This document shows, one piece after another, positions 12,901-25,795 of a DNA stretch of 64,000 nt; position 1 is the first letter of the stretch; each line of letters begins with the position of its first letter. The notes under the pieces were generated by a model. The model ran no database searches. It was not told the origin of the DNA and saw nothing but the letters and a program-made list of their open reading frames with translations. The translations under genes and the position numbers were made by a program. Origin of the DNA: Dimorphilus gyrociliatus (Eukaryota; Animalia; Annelida); contig CAJFCJ010000006.1 of NCBI GenBank assembly GCA_904063045.1, positions 1,713,601 through 1,777,600 of the forward strand, given 5' to 3'.

Positions 12901-15900
12901 TTAATCATACTACTTTAATTATATTTCAAAACTTGAAGAGTTTTATCAGAACTAATTTTTAAACATATGAGTAAATGAGTAAATCAGTCTGGCTTTTATG
13001 CCAAAAATAGAGAAATGACTATGGAAAATTATTGGGAATAAAAATAAAATGAAAAGAATTAAAATGCACAAATAAATTCAGATCTGCTTGCGTACAAAAA
13101 TTCCAATTACAAGACCTCCTTTTCCCAATAATTGACAGACAAGAGATGCTTGAGAAATGAGCAGCAAAAAATTGGGAAAAAGAGAGGCGGCAGCTATAGC
13201 GTAATGACGATCGAATTACTACTTGTCAGCTCAATATGTGCGAATAGTGAGCAGTTCGGTAATGACCCTAAACTTTGTTTGTCGACTTGATTGGTCGAGG
13301 GCCTTGGAAATCGACCTGACGTATTGGCGTCTATTTATTTCATTTTTTTTTCTCTTTGCAATATTGTCACCAACCACAGCCAAGTTTTATGTCATTCACT
13401 ATTAATTTAGCCCTATGGTCGACTTAATTTCTATATACTTTAAAGTATTTATTCAAATTTCTTACGCTTTAATAGTTTTTCTTATTTAAGGCAAAGAGGG
13501 AAAAGCGAAAAATATCATTGTCTTCCTTCTCGATGGACTTTCAACTCTGACTCTAGCAGAGGCTAGACTCTTTAGGAGGCAAGTGAATAATAGAGATTTT
13601 CTCCATTTAGATAAAATGGCCCATTTTGGATTACTAAAGGTACGTTTGGGATTATTTTCATTGTCAATTACTTTGTCCTAAAAGGGATACCATAATCTTC
13701 GCTTATTTAGTTTATATAAGCTAACACTTTGTATCAAAGAAATATGACTTGGAAAATCATAGTCGATAAAAAGATCACGTATAATCAATTTCGCATTGGA
13801 GAAATATCTACAATGAATCTTTAATTATACAAAAGAATAAGGAACTTGATTAATTCCACTTACAAAAGTGGAAAGTTACATATAATAGTATTGATATAAT
13901 ATACATTCCATAATATGTATACAGTATAAGTACTATATATACTATAAAGTATATACTGCATATTAGTAAACTGTCCTTAATAAAAACAAGCGCGCGACAA
14001 TTAAATAAAGTTTCCTAGTCGTCAATTATCATTTTGTCATTTAACTATAAAAGATGTAAAGTTCCCACTTTATAGGATACAGGATATAAAACATTACTAC
14101 AAATGTTACTGTGTCGATTCAAAGAAAAATCTCTTTAAGTGACTCATATAAAACACTCGCTCCATTCCCCAAGGAGATATTCTTCTATAGAGAAACTCAA
14201 TTCCTAACTAGCGTTAGATTACTAATTGCTAAAGGTCTTTAATAACATGACGAAACATTACAAATTTAATCTATTGCTTAACTTCTACTTAAGTCGTAAT
14301 ATCTTATGATATAACAGATATAAGTATATAGGCCTACAAAATTACAATTCTTGTAAATCATTATAATAATTGATTTTCTTGTATTTTTTTTATTTAAAAA
14401 AAAAGTAAAATAGAAACATTTTTCAAAAAGAAAAAATACGATTATCTTTTTTTTTGCACGAAAAGAGAAAAAGTCCGAAAAAAAGGTCGATTTCATAATC
14501 CTCAATTGAGCTCTTCACAGTGACTAGTTGCTCAATCTCCCTCCCACAACCCAACCCCTTTGTCTCCTCCCATTTCTATTCTATTTTTATTACTTTTCTT
14601 TCTTCTTTTTTTTAAATGTTATCTCTTATTATTATAATGAGTTAATGAGTGATGAAAACTATGAATATGATCAAATAGAGATTAATAAGGTTTCCGAATG
14701 AAAAGAGAAATGTTAGTATATATCTATATATATAATATTTATTGTATAAAATAATCTTAATTTTAAATAACAGGAAACAATGTCAGACAATGTCAAAATG
14801 TAGACAATCATTCCGTTATTTTTATTTAAATAGAAAAAGAAAAACAGGATAATAAGACAATAAATTAACTTTTGCTATCGTCAATTAATACAGTAATATA
14901 TATTATATAGAGTATAGAATATTCTCTCTCTTTCTCTCTCTTCGATAAAGTAGTATTTAAAATATGAAAAATAAATGAATAAAGGAAGAGTAAAGGTTAA
15001 AAGAGTCTTGTGAAACTGTATACTTTCGTAGTAGGGGTCTTTCTTTGATGACAGGAGATGGAAGAAAATAAGGCAAAAAAAATCAAATCAAATCTTTAAA
15101 AATAGCTGTTTTGTCTGAAAAAATTATTAAATAAGCCTATATGAAAATACTAAGATTCTCCGGAGTATTGAAAATTTATAAGTCCATTGTCACGTTAACA
15201 TAGTGATCCTTTAGATGAAAGAAGGAGAATATAGGAACTAATACTATGTGCACTTGTTTGTCTAATCAAGTGAAAAGAGATTCCTATATACTGTATTATT
15301 AATTCCAATCTATATAGATTTTATTCTGAAAGAATAGGTTATCTTTATGGTGTTAAATGTGTTAGAAAAAAGCACATAGATATCCTTATAACGATAAGTT
15401 TAGACAGGATTTATTAACATACTTATCTTATTTTTTTTGCCCAAACAAGGATGTTCCTAAAAGACCGTACGAGAACAAGGACTACACTATTTTACAGACT
15501 TTATGTGGTAGAATACGTAAATACAAGTTTTACAAATGTGGTCAATTTAAGAAATGCTTAGTCCATAAAATGCAAGTAGCTTGTAAGTGGTCCTAATCTT
15601 GACGTTTGATGAAATGAATTAATCTAACAAAATTCGTTCGTTACATAGCTAAATCAACGGGTGTTGTTACAACTGGTAATGTTTTCGCTCCACCTGCAAA
15701 CTATGCTACACAAGAGCTAGCTCATTGTAAGGACGCTCCCGCCCAAATATTAAACAAGATTGGGTTTAAACTCAATATTATCATGGGTGGCGGAAGATCA
15801 AATATGATACCATATGGTAAAAGTGATCCTGAATATGGTATGGCTCAACCTGGAATGAGGAAAGACGGAAGAAATTTAATAAACGAATGGTGGAGGGGGA

Positions 15901-17704
15901 AAACTTATGAGGGCCGAGCAGTGCACTCAGTATGGGAGAAAGTCGGTTTAGATTACGTGCATTCCAGCAAAACGGATGACTTGATTGGTTTGTTTTTAGA
16001 ATAACAGATTTTATACTTCATTTACACTATTTATATGAATACGAGCGAGAAATCTCTTTTTCTCATTAGTCTAAATCTTTTCATTTTCATTAATTAGCTT
16101 TAAAGAACAAGATTTATAAATCTTTCAATAAGATCGACACAAGCCTTAAATCTATTTTATTAATTCAATTTTTCATTATACACCCAGAGTAATTAATTAA
16201 TACTATCACCTTCCAATCATGAATATTCAAATGACATTGAATATGCTTTTATTCGTATGATAATTTTAATTAATTTCCAGGGATTTTTCAACCAAACACT
16301 ATGGCGACCGAGGAACGAAGGAATCGAACGACAGATCCGTCTCTTGACGTAATGGTGCGAAAAGCCATAGAAATACTAAGAAGGAATCAAAACGGATATT
16401 TTCTCCTTGTATCCAGTCAGTATGCATATAGCATTTCCGATTAAGAAATTAGCTTTCTGTATACTTTAAACTTAAGTATAATACTTACGATAGCGTTTCT
16501 TACCGTAAGACATTGATAGGAGTATAAAGAATAATAATTTTTCATCCTCCCCGTCGCTATCTCTCTTCTTTTCGAAGTTTTCGTATGACATTTAATATTG
16601 ATACAGATCATAATGCAAGAAAATCACCTACGGAAACAATTGCTGCCGATGATGCTATTTCAACAGTTTTAAAAATGACATACCCAAATGAAACATTAAT
16701 CATAATTATTGGTTCAAAGTCATCTGATGGTACAGATAGCTCTGTGGGTAAGTTGTTGTTATTAAAATAATAAATTCAATATACTGCAGATATACAAGTA
16801 TAAAAGTTAATACTATATACAGTATATATATATACAGTATATATATATTTTTATTGTGTAGATAGCTGTCTTATAGGAATATAGATGATAAGCATTTAAC
16901 TTTTTTCGTTTGATCTTAACCGATACTTCTATAAAAATTCATGAATATATATATATATATACAAATTATTTCCTATATTAGATATTCCATCTTATTTTCA
17001 TTATATAAGCCACTTTTTCTGCTTATTCCATTAGTTTTTTTAGCTTATTTGTATACTTTTATATAATCTATTACGAAGATATATTATTTCAGTATAAAAG
17101 ATACTTGGTGAACTTTTATTTGAATAAATTCTATGGATAAAGATTTAGTAAATTCTAGATATCTCAAACTAACTCAGTTAACCTTTCTTATACGATTAGT
17201 GATTGGATTAGGAAGTGCTCTCTGTAACGGAATATGTAGATGCTCTTCACGTCTTAGTACCTTTGTGCAAATTAAGACTCAACAAAAATTTCTATCTACT
17301 CTTTATCTTTATCTTTATCTCTTTATTCAACCGTTTTTTTTTTGCGGTATATACTGCATTTTTTTTCACTTAATAAGTAAATAAATAGTCTTATTTCATC
17401 AAACTGTTTTAAATATTTATTTAACAGTCTTCTTTCCGATATAGACGATCGTCTTCTGTTTGCCTCCGGTCCGAATTTGAATCAAATAAAGGGAATTATC
17501 TCTACTGAAAGTTTGCATAAATTTTTAATCTCAACATCTTGCATTACACACTACAAGATGGCACCACATTGTAGAAGTCAAGATACTCCTATGCCAGTTA
17601 GACCTCAATATAGAACCCATTCTTTAGCTTCCGCTGTTACTAGAAAATTTTCGTTAACTAAAGGGATTCTGTCGTTTTGTATAATCTCATTCATACTGCA
17701 GTAA
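12203..17704 (+). CDS. Alkaline-phosphatase-fold protein with degenerate active site, signal peptide and GPI-type tail
   Basis: Exons 12203-12266 (signal; assignment less sure), 13491-13639 (KAKNIIVFLLDG), 15450-15582, 15649-15987 (KSTGVVTT..IIMGGGR..GMRKDGRNLINEW), 16281-16419 (DPSLDVMVRKAIEILRRNQNGYFLLV), 16578-16747 and 17445-17704 (LFASGP..SCI..HC, hydrophobic tail). Splice phases are compatible and motif order matches metazoan ALPs. Confidence 0.85.
12866..12896. repeat. (TA)n microsatellite in intron 1 of the ALP-like gene
   Basis: About 15 uninterrupted TA units read directly. Confidence 0.9.
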
Positions 17705-18281
17705 TTATCGTTTTACTTTACTGATTCACAATGTTTGCTTTTTCTTTTTTTTCAATTGTATTCAGTTTAGAATTTCATCTTCAACAATTTTTTTGATTAT
17801 TCAATATTTCCTCTAAAAATAGTATATACAGATAAAATTCGCAATCAATGGATTTCTATTTTTTATTCTTCTTTTTGCAGCCATTTTTGACAAAATTTTA
17901 TAAATTTGGCATATTTTTTCCCTTTTGTTGTTGTCATAAAATTGCAAATGATATAAAAAGAATGAATGAATATTGCGTAATCAATTGGAAATAGTCAGCT
18001 TTTTATTGTTCTCTTTGTTCGTTTCTAGTTTAAAATAACGAAAACTTTGAAAGTGTACAAATAGTTTTGGTGGAAGTTTGTCATGAGTTTCGTAAAGGCT
18101 TTTCTTTTTGTTATGATTTCTATCTTTTGTATGTTTTTGATTATTTATTAATTTTTTAACTGTATGTTATTTCGTGACTTGAGATAATAAATTTAGTAAA
18201 AATTTCAAACTACAAAAAACTCGTTTTTCTAACATTTTTATATAAAAGTTTGTTTGTAACGTTATTCTTTCGAGATTGAAT

Positions 18282-19580
18282 ATGATGGAAAGAAGCGCTA
18301 CTCTATTAATTATCCTATATAGTCTATATTTAAATGGATACGATAGTATAAAGATTAATTTCGACGGTATTAGTTGTAAAGATAAATGTTTTGAATGGAA
18401 ATTATTGAAAAATGGTAGAATTGATGGAAATATGAATAAAATTGTTAAAACTAACGAAATGGTATCGAATTCAAAATGGCCAGCTTTATTTAGAAAACGA
18501 ATTAGACTTAGATATTTTCTAGGTTGGGCTATAAAGTATAATTAAATAGTTGACGTTATAATAATATATAGAATAATTTAGGTAGATATTCAAATAAGTT
18601 TAGGAGATGTTATGGAACATGGGGCCCGTTACCTTATGTATATTCTTCTCGAAAATGCTATGTTCTTACTACGAAAAATGAATGTAGTTACGATTGGATA
18701 GACGCTGATAAAAACTATAAAAAATATGGAAATTGTATAGCCGAATATCATGGGGGTATAATAGCGAAACCGTCGTCTAAATTCAATCAATACATACTAC
18801 CAGGCTATTATAATATTTACTCGAAAAAGTTTGTTTTTATTCCGAAAAATCGCCGAAATCCATCTAGAAGTGAAGAGGAAAATAATTGGAAATTCTTAAT
18901 AGCCAGAGATTCTTCATGCTCAGGTATAAAATGATAAAATTAGTGAAATTCAATCTAATAGGCTAATATTAATTTTAAACCAAGTTGATAAGAACTGCAC
19001 TATTTGCGGTTGTTTTACTCTCGTGGGAATAAATTCATTAAAGAGAATAGAGAGTGAGAACTTGGTAAAGTCGGATGATAATTCATCAATTATTGTTGTT
19101 ATTCAATCAAATAAAAGACCTGAAAATGAACAATACATTGGTTAGTGATGGGAGAAAATATTTTATTAATATTTCACTTTAATTAATTAATTAACCGCCT
19201 TTACAGGCGAATATGATAAAGATAGAAAAGAATGCGTGTATTGGTATACGAATAATTCATCTATAAACTTTAATAATTCACAGGCGTCATTAAGTTGAGT
19301 ATTAATTTATTTATTGATATGGAATTAACCTTAAATGTCATTTAAAGATTCCTTTTCGGTTGAAATACGAAGAACAAAAAGAAATTGTAAATTTCTAAAA
19401 ATTAATCAGGAATGCAGTTATCAATGGCAACAGGATGTTACAGGAGTTGCAGTTAATTGTCTACTGCAATACGACAATAATCAAATTATCAATTATAGAT
19501 CCACGATATGCAATAAATGCAATTGGCGTGAATATTCGTCTAAAATATCAAAGTACATTACCATAACAAAAAATCCTTAG
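18282..19580 (+). CDS. Secreted Cys-rich protein with a divergent C-type-lectin-like segment (~5 exons)
   Basis: TATAAAA at 18241 and signal-like MMERSATLLIILYSLYLNG. Exon ~18604-18925 encodes CYGTWGPLPYVYSSRKCYVL..YDWIDA..C..GGIIAKPSS, resembling a CTLD N-terminal half. Later short exons have GT/AG ends. Confidence 0.55.
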
Positions 19581-20179
19581 CATCCTTAATACAGTAAAAC
19601 TATATTGCACGATATTTATTTATTTATTCTGTTTATATATTAAAGTAATAAATACAACAAACAAGATATGCTAGTTTGTAAAAAAGACAAAGAAAGTAAA
19701 TATAAACATGATTTTTTAGATTTTACATTGATTACATTGAGAATTATTTCCAATATTTTGTCATTATTCGTCGAATAAACAAAAATGGGTTTACAGTCTC
19801 TTTCGTTTAATATTTTTCGATATAAATATACTTCACAAAAATAATTGATATATTATTTCGAATTGTGGAGATACCAGTTGAGCGTTTTGTGTAATTAATT
19901 GTAAAGTTGTTTATAAAAAAACAAACAAACAGGAAAGTTTGGATATTTCGTCCACTGTCGACTTTTGAATAGATTTTTTGGGAAGAGATGATTTGTTTTC
20001 TTTTTTTTGTTCTTTAAACTATACATTCAGGTATAAACATTAGCACTTGAAAAAAGAAAAGATCGGGACTATCATAATTTGTTCTTTTTGGGAATGAGAA
20101 AGTATTCAGAGGAATGTTGTAGTTTTTAAACGAATAATGAAAAAGAGAGTATTTGGGCTCTTTTCATTCTTTCCTTCGA

Positions 20180-22227
20180 TTATGGATTTGAATTCCTTTG
20201 ATAGTCTTTGTAAAAGCGAACTATTTCTTGGAAACTAGGCCGATCCTCGGCTCTGTCAGGAAAGTAAATAATATATCAATTAAATACATACAAGAAGTAA
20301 CTCTATAAAGTCTTACTCATGTGACCAACATCGTAGCATAAGTTCGTATAACTTTTCTGGGCATCTGTTCGGCTGTTTCAAACGATGACCAGCATCAATA
20401 AACTCTAAAATTTCTTGACCTCTCATTCCTTTGTAAGGCTTATCACCGTTCTCGAACGTCTCCCACATGGTAACACCATAACTCCAAACATCTGATTTAG
20501 TATCAAACTTAAAATACCAAATGCATTCTGGTGCATACCACTTTAATGGCCATTTCCCAGCTCTCTCCGTCTTGTAATAATTCTCTCCGATACCTAATGC
20601 TTTAGACATTCCAAAATCGCTTATCTTCGCAAAGGTTTCCGTTACTAGTAGGACGTTTCTGGCAGCTAATTTAATAAATAAAATAACACAACTTTCACAT
20701 AATTGTACTTTAAAAGTGTATTTACTGACCTAGATCCCTATGAACAAAATTCTGCTGTCCTAGATACGCCATACCGACTGCTACTTGACGGAGAATCTCA
20801 ACCAAATTTTGTTGGGGCATCCTCTGTTGTCGCCTTCTGACGTATTTGTTCAATTGTCCTAAAGGAGCTAACTCAAGCACCAACATAAAGGTATCCGTAC
20901 GGCATATCCCAATCATTCTAATAACATTTTTATGTTTAAGCCTTGCCATTAAGATAGCTTCGTTCATAATCTCTGATTGGCTATTAGGGACATCGTTCTG
21001 TATCAATGTTTTCACGGCAACCGGTATCAAACTATTGTTAAAACTAAGGCGTCCTCTCATAACAGATCCGAAATAACCTTTACCCAATTCTTCTGTTAGT
21101 TCCAAGTCATTTCTTGATATTCTGAGCAAGTTTTCAGTAAAGCCGAAATCATAAATTTTCTGGTGATCCTCAGCCGGTAAATTACTTTGACCTTGAACTG
21201 GAAAATCAGGACTTTCCGGTTCGTCCCAAGGAGAGCTCACAGATCGTTGTGCATAGGGATTATAAAGTGGATTAGCACTTGTGCCATTATTGTACGACGG
21301 TGCCCGAAAATCAGGTGGAACACACGGTACAGTGAGTTTACATAAAAGGCCATCCATCCTATTAAAATAATGTCCAATCTGAAAAATTATCAAAAATTAA
21401 GCATGATATTTATTTATAAAACGATAACAAATTGTTCATACCAAATCCATTAAAAAAGAAAATCCAGGACCTTCTTCTATACCATAATTTCCGTCTTCCC
21501 TTTCGTCAATGCGATAATGTTTTGTGTGACCAGAACATGATAAACTCAGAGCGAAACCGCCGCCATTATGGGTTTTACTTCTTACCAAAAATTTTCCATT
21601 TTTATGCCCATTTTTTTTCATTCTTAATTCCGCTTCTTCCCTATCGATATTTTTATGAAACCACCTTTGATGTTCATGTAATTTCTTTGAAACTGAATAA
21701 ACCAGATCATCCCTTTGCTTGCCCCACAATTTGTCCAACGATTTTCTGTAGGTACGATTTGCTTCGTAGTTTAGCGCCACCTCGAAATCCCTCATCGTCA
21801 CGTAAGGCCAAGCCATAGGACTAGTCCCAGGATCCCTATTGCACGGTTCACGTGGATGAGTCAGAAGGCCATCTAAGGCATGTTTATGATGTTCAATTAG
21901 TTCGTATGGTCCTGGGAAAGGCCTTCCATCTTGAATCATTATAGAGCCATTTGCCTGGCACTCAAGAGAATAATGATGTATTCTGGAGGAACAAAATAAT
22001 GAAAGGTTAAGTACAACGTCAAAAGGCATGGTTGCTTTTTTTTAAATTGTTTACCTGCCACTATGAACAATAGATAGGACATAATTTCCGTTAACAGTCA
22101 TGTTGGCACGTAGTAGGTACATCCCTTCAACTAAATTTTTATTTCTTAACCTTCTTTCAGCCTCCTCACGGGGAATTCTCCCATGATAGTACTGCAGGTT
22201 TGCAGGATTCTTACCGCTTTGTTGCAT
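20180..22227 (-). CDS. SYK: Syk/ZAP-70 family tyrosine kinase (tandem SH2 + kinase)
   Basis: SH2-[15 protein letters not shown]2-[19 protein letters not shown]. Kinase motifs [13 protein letters not shown]|[18 protein letters not shown] and [12 protein letters not shown]. No ankyrin repeats between the SH2 domains, so not Shark-type. Confidence 0.93.
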
Positions 22228-22583
22228 TGTAAACTTCGGAACTGTATATTTTCTAACCAAAATTTAATAAGCGGCCAAAAGATTTTTTTGTTTCATATTG
22301 TAAGTCGACATAAGCTGATTACTACTTCCGTGATTAATCCACTCTGAAGAGAAAATCTCGATTTCCTGTAAAACTCCCCCTACATAAAGATACTGTATAA
22401 GAGAAGTTTTACTCGTTCCGAATGCTTTTTATTACTTCCTGCGATAAACTACCTCCCTCTATCGACAATCTTGATTTGGCGCACGCGCACTGCGAAAAAA
22501 GGCAACATTAGCTAGTCGCCGGTGTCGTTATAGTTAAAGGAGAACTTGTGTGTTTTTTTAACGTTTTTCTCACTATATCAAAT
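22228..22583. promoter_or_regulatory. Divergent promoter between SYK and the RRM gene, with an NRF1-like GCGCACGCGCA element (~22479-22489)
   Basis: Head-to-head ATGs about 356 bp apart; a GC-rich motif in AT-rich context matches the NRF1 core GCGCAYGCGCR. Confidence 0.5.
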
Positions 22584-23709
22584 ATGTGTACGTATTTTAA
22601 ATAACGTATATTAATTAAGCGAGCCATTGTCTCCATAAACGGTCTATTTTTTGACCCTGATAACTCAGAAAAGTATATCAATTACAGCGGACGAAGACCT
22701 ATTAAAGATTTGGGTTGGAAACTTCCCTTACGGAACGACAGAGGTTATTTAATTAGATTCTTTTGTCTAGAGAAATAATAAATCAATTGTTTAACAGGAA
22801 GAATTACGAAATATATTCGAAAGCTATAAAATACGTAGTGTCGACCTGGTGAATACCACGGAGGCTGGCAAAACGTAAGTTGTTGTTGGGTAACACTAGA
22901 AATTCAAATCTTATAATTTTTTTGTCAATTCGAAACTAGGGCAAGTGCAATATTGATCGTTGAGGATCCTGAACTAGCTGTAAGACAAATGGATGGATAT
23001 ACATTTAAGGGTCGTCCGATTGGTGTAAGAATAGCTAACAAGATTTCCCGTGAGTATTTTAAATAAAAGGCCTTATCGAACTCTCCATACTAAACTAGTA
23101 ATTAGAAGAATATGGCAGGAGGGTTGGATCATGTTTTATATAACGAAAAAAGAAGAGAAAAACACTATAACTCTCATAAAATTTTCGTTTCTTTTTTGTA
23201 ATATGGATAGCCGATAGAAGAAATAATACGCACCAATTGGATAGATGCAAAATACTAATTCAGCAAGTACAACCGATGCTATACAATATTTTGGACAAGT
23301 GCTCGTACTGCACTGCCATTAAGTCTCTTGTAACTATTATGCAGCATATTTGCTCATCAAATAAATTTTTAATTAAATAATGCAGATAACGGAACTCTCT
23401 TGGACACTTCAGGAGGATCATCATACGAATGGATTATCGCATAATGCAACAGCAAGCCAGCATCACGCCCATGGAGCGATTAGAGATCATATGCTGACAG
23501 TACCGTCTCAGTACGTTGCAGCGGCTGAGAACTATCCTTACTCTAAACCTGAAGCCTACATGACACAACCCTTTCAATACCGGCCGTATTCTAATAGCGC
23601 TAGTCCAGTGCCACCTGGCGTAGCGATATCGAGCAGGCCACCTAGGAATTTTGTTCAATCGCCTCCAAATCATATTCGAAGTGCGCCACAGCCTAATCTT
23701 CCCTGGTGA
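22584..23709 (+). CDS. RRM RNA-binding protein with a Pro/Gln/Tyr-rich low-complexity C-terminus
   Basis: Spliced MSDEDLLKIWVGNFPYGTTE|EELRNIFE..|..AVRQMDGYTFKGRPIGV gives RNP2 (IWVGNF) and a typical RRM end. The last exon corresponds to ORF 23380-23709. Confidence 0.7.
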
Positions 23710-23836
23710 ACTGTCGAGAAAAGGTGCTTTTAAGAGACTTTTTCGTTCTATTCTCTAAGAATAGTTTATTAAAAGACGCCGTGAATACGTCTAAAATAAG
23801 AAAAGACAAATTTCATCCTATTACTAAATATGTTAT

Positions 23837-25457
23837 TTATACAAGTTGTCCGTTTGTCGCACTCTCCTCTTCCATATCATCCAACGCATCCCAGCTGTCA
23901 CTCTTCCCGTTTTCTATTTCAAAATTAAAATCCAATAAAACAGCACTTTCAAAGGGATCCTTGACTGATGCTCCATAAGGTATGTGCCATATCAGATGGT
24001 CCTTGGCAACAGTTTCAAACACTCCTATCCGCCGGCCCTCATCTGCAATTTTCTGTTCTACTGTCCGATTAATCATAGTCTCGTTCAGATCCTCTTCAAT
24101 TTCTTCAAGTTCCTTCAATCTAATTTCTATTTCTTCATCATTTCTATTCATTTGTAAGCGATATTCTTCTGTTTCTTGACCCTCTTCAATAGACATCATA
24201 ACGCTATTTTCTAAAATAGAATTTTCGTCATCAGCTAACATAGCCTCATATGAACAATCGGTGAATCTATTGAGCTTTTCATAATAATCATCCCATTTGG
24301 GATTTATTTTCAAGTAGGTGTGAAGTTTAGCTACCTCACTAACTTTATAACAATTAAAATATAATTGAATCATCCTGTCTAAGTCGTCGTCTTCAACATT
24401 TAACTTTACAAAATAAAATTTGAGCAGAGAGCATAACCACAATCTTCTCCAAACAGTCAATTTATCTTCATCTTCCGCACTATAATCAATAAATTCTTCT
24501 AGAACACCGGAAACATGTAATAATTCGAAAAATGATACCCATTTCTCAAACACTTTACAATAAAAGACATCATCATCGGGATTCTTTGTTAGTTCTTTAT
24601 ATAATTTGGCATATCTATCTGGGGGTTCTTGCATAAAATATTTAACTTTAGAGAATAGTGAATCCTTTAAATAGGATTTTTTTAAAATTAATCTAGCTTT
24701 TGCCAAAACTTTCCATGCTTTCTCTGAGGGTTGGACATAAACGAAATTCTTTAAATATTCTAAAACAACTGAGGAAGCATCAATTTCGTTTTCGTCCTCT
24801 TCATCCTTGAAATTTAAATTGTCAATATTACTTTTCTTTTAAGTCTAAATAGTTTTTTTTCTATTTCTTATGGCAAAACATACCTTAGCACATATTTGGA
24901 GCCAAAAATTTTCTTTTAAATAGTCAAGGATCAGGTCTGTTGCTGTCCTTAAAAGTGGAAGACCGGGCAATCCAGCATGTGTAGAATCCATTCTTAAGTT
25001 GATTATCCACTCGGGAATATTCAATTTTCGCGCCAAATTATGAACAGATAGTCGATGCATGTCTGTTTGATTTTCCTCGGTAATTAAATTTACAAACCTA
25101 GTTATTGCCATAGCGTAAGCTGATTGCCTAAAAACATTTAATGTAGAGTCTTCAGATTCTAGGTCCAATAGCTTGGCTTCAAAAAGTTCCACTGTGCAGT
25201 CCAACGACACCGGCAGTTTTTTTGAGCGTACCTTCCATATTTCGATCACTTTTAGAGCCTCTTTGGTTTGATCAATCTCTTTGTTGTAAAGGGTATAAAA
25301 AACTTTTCGTAGCTCATCAACTGTGGCCCATGGAACGGATTTTGTAGTCGAATCATGCCTCAAGATAGACATACTGGCGGTTGACAACTATACAAATATC
25401 ATTGAGAAAACGCACAATTTAAAAATGATGCTATGAGGAAACCGATGGTGGCGCCAT
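23837..25457 (-). CDS. LAS1L: Las1-like HEPN ribonuclease (ITS2 processing), 3 exons
   Basis: VPWATVDEL..W..R..LPVSLDCT..YAMAITRFVNLI..LNIPEWIINLRMDSTHAGLPGLPLLR matches the Las1 domain. An in-frame splice (donor ~24883, acceptor ~24836) joins the 23837 ORF. Confidence 0.88.
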
Positions 25458-25795
25458 CTTTACGTCGGTTGATAATAAATAAAAATTTCGCTCATATTTC
25501 TCTTCAACTAATTCACATAAATAACTATAGCATTTTGAATAACACATTTAGTCGAGATGTCATACGATAATATTTTCCCAATTTCAATACAATTTGTCTT
25601 AAGAAATAAGGCTTTTTCATTATAAATTAAAATTGAATGAATATCTAACATCTCAAAAGACGTAATAAAAGTTTTAAAAAATATTGATATATTAACAAAT
25701 ATTTTGTAATGTATTTTGCACGTTTCTTAATAAGGTGAAACATATAAGATTGTTAATATTATCAACGCTTTTACAACCTCTAAATATTGAATATG

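Noticed and set aside
13270-13335. Two CCAAT (ATTGG) boxes and TGACG in ALP-like intron 1, suggesting an internal or antisense promoter for the SH3 gene
   Set aside because: I could not build a consistent exon chain linking it to either gene; short motifs alone are insufficient.
16815-16850. Recurrent TATATACAGTATATA motif (also ~12855, ~53490, ~54020)
   Set aside because: Consistent with an interrupted TA microsatellite rather than a defined element.
17133-17384. 83-aa ORF within the last ALP-like intron, possibly an extra exon (VIGLGSALCNGI)
   Set aside because: The flanking exons already join in phase without it and homology to the ALP crown domain is not evident; needs RNA-seq.
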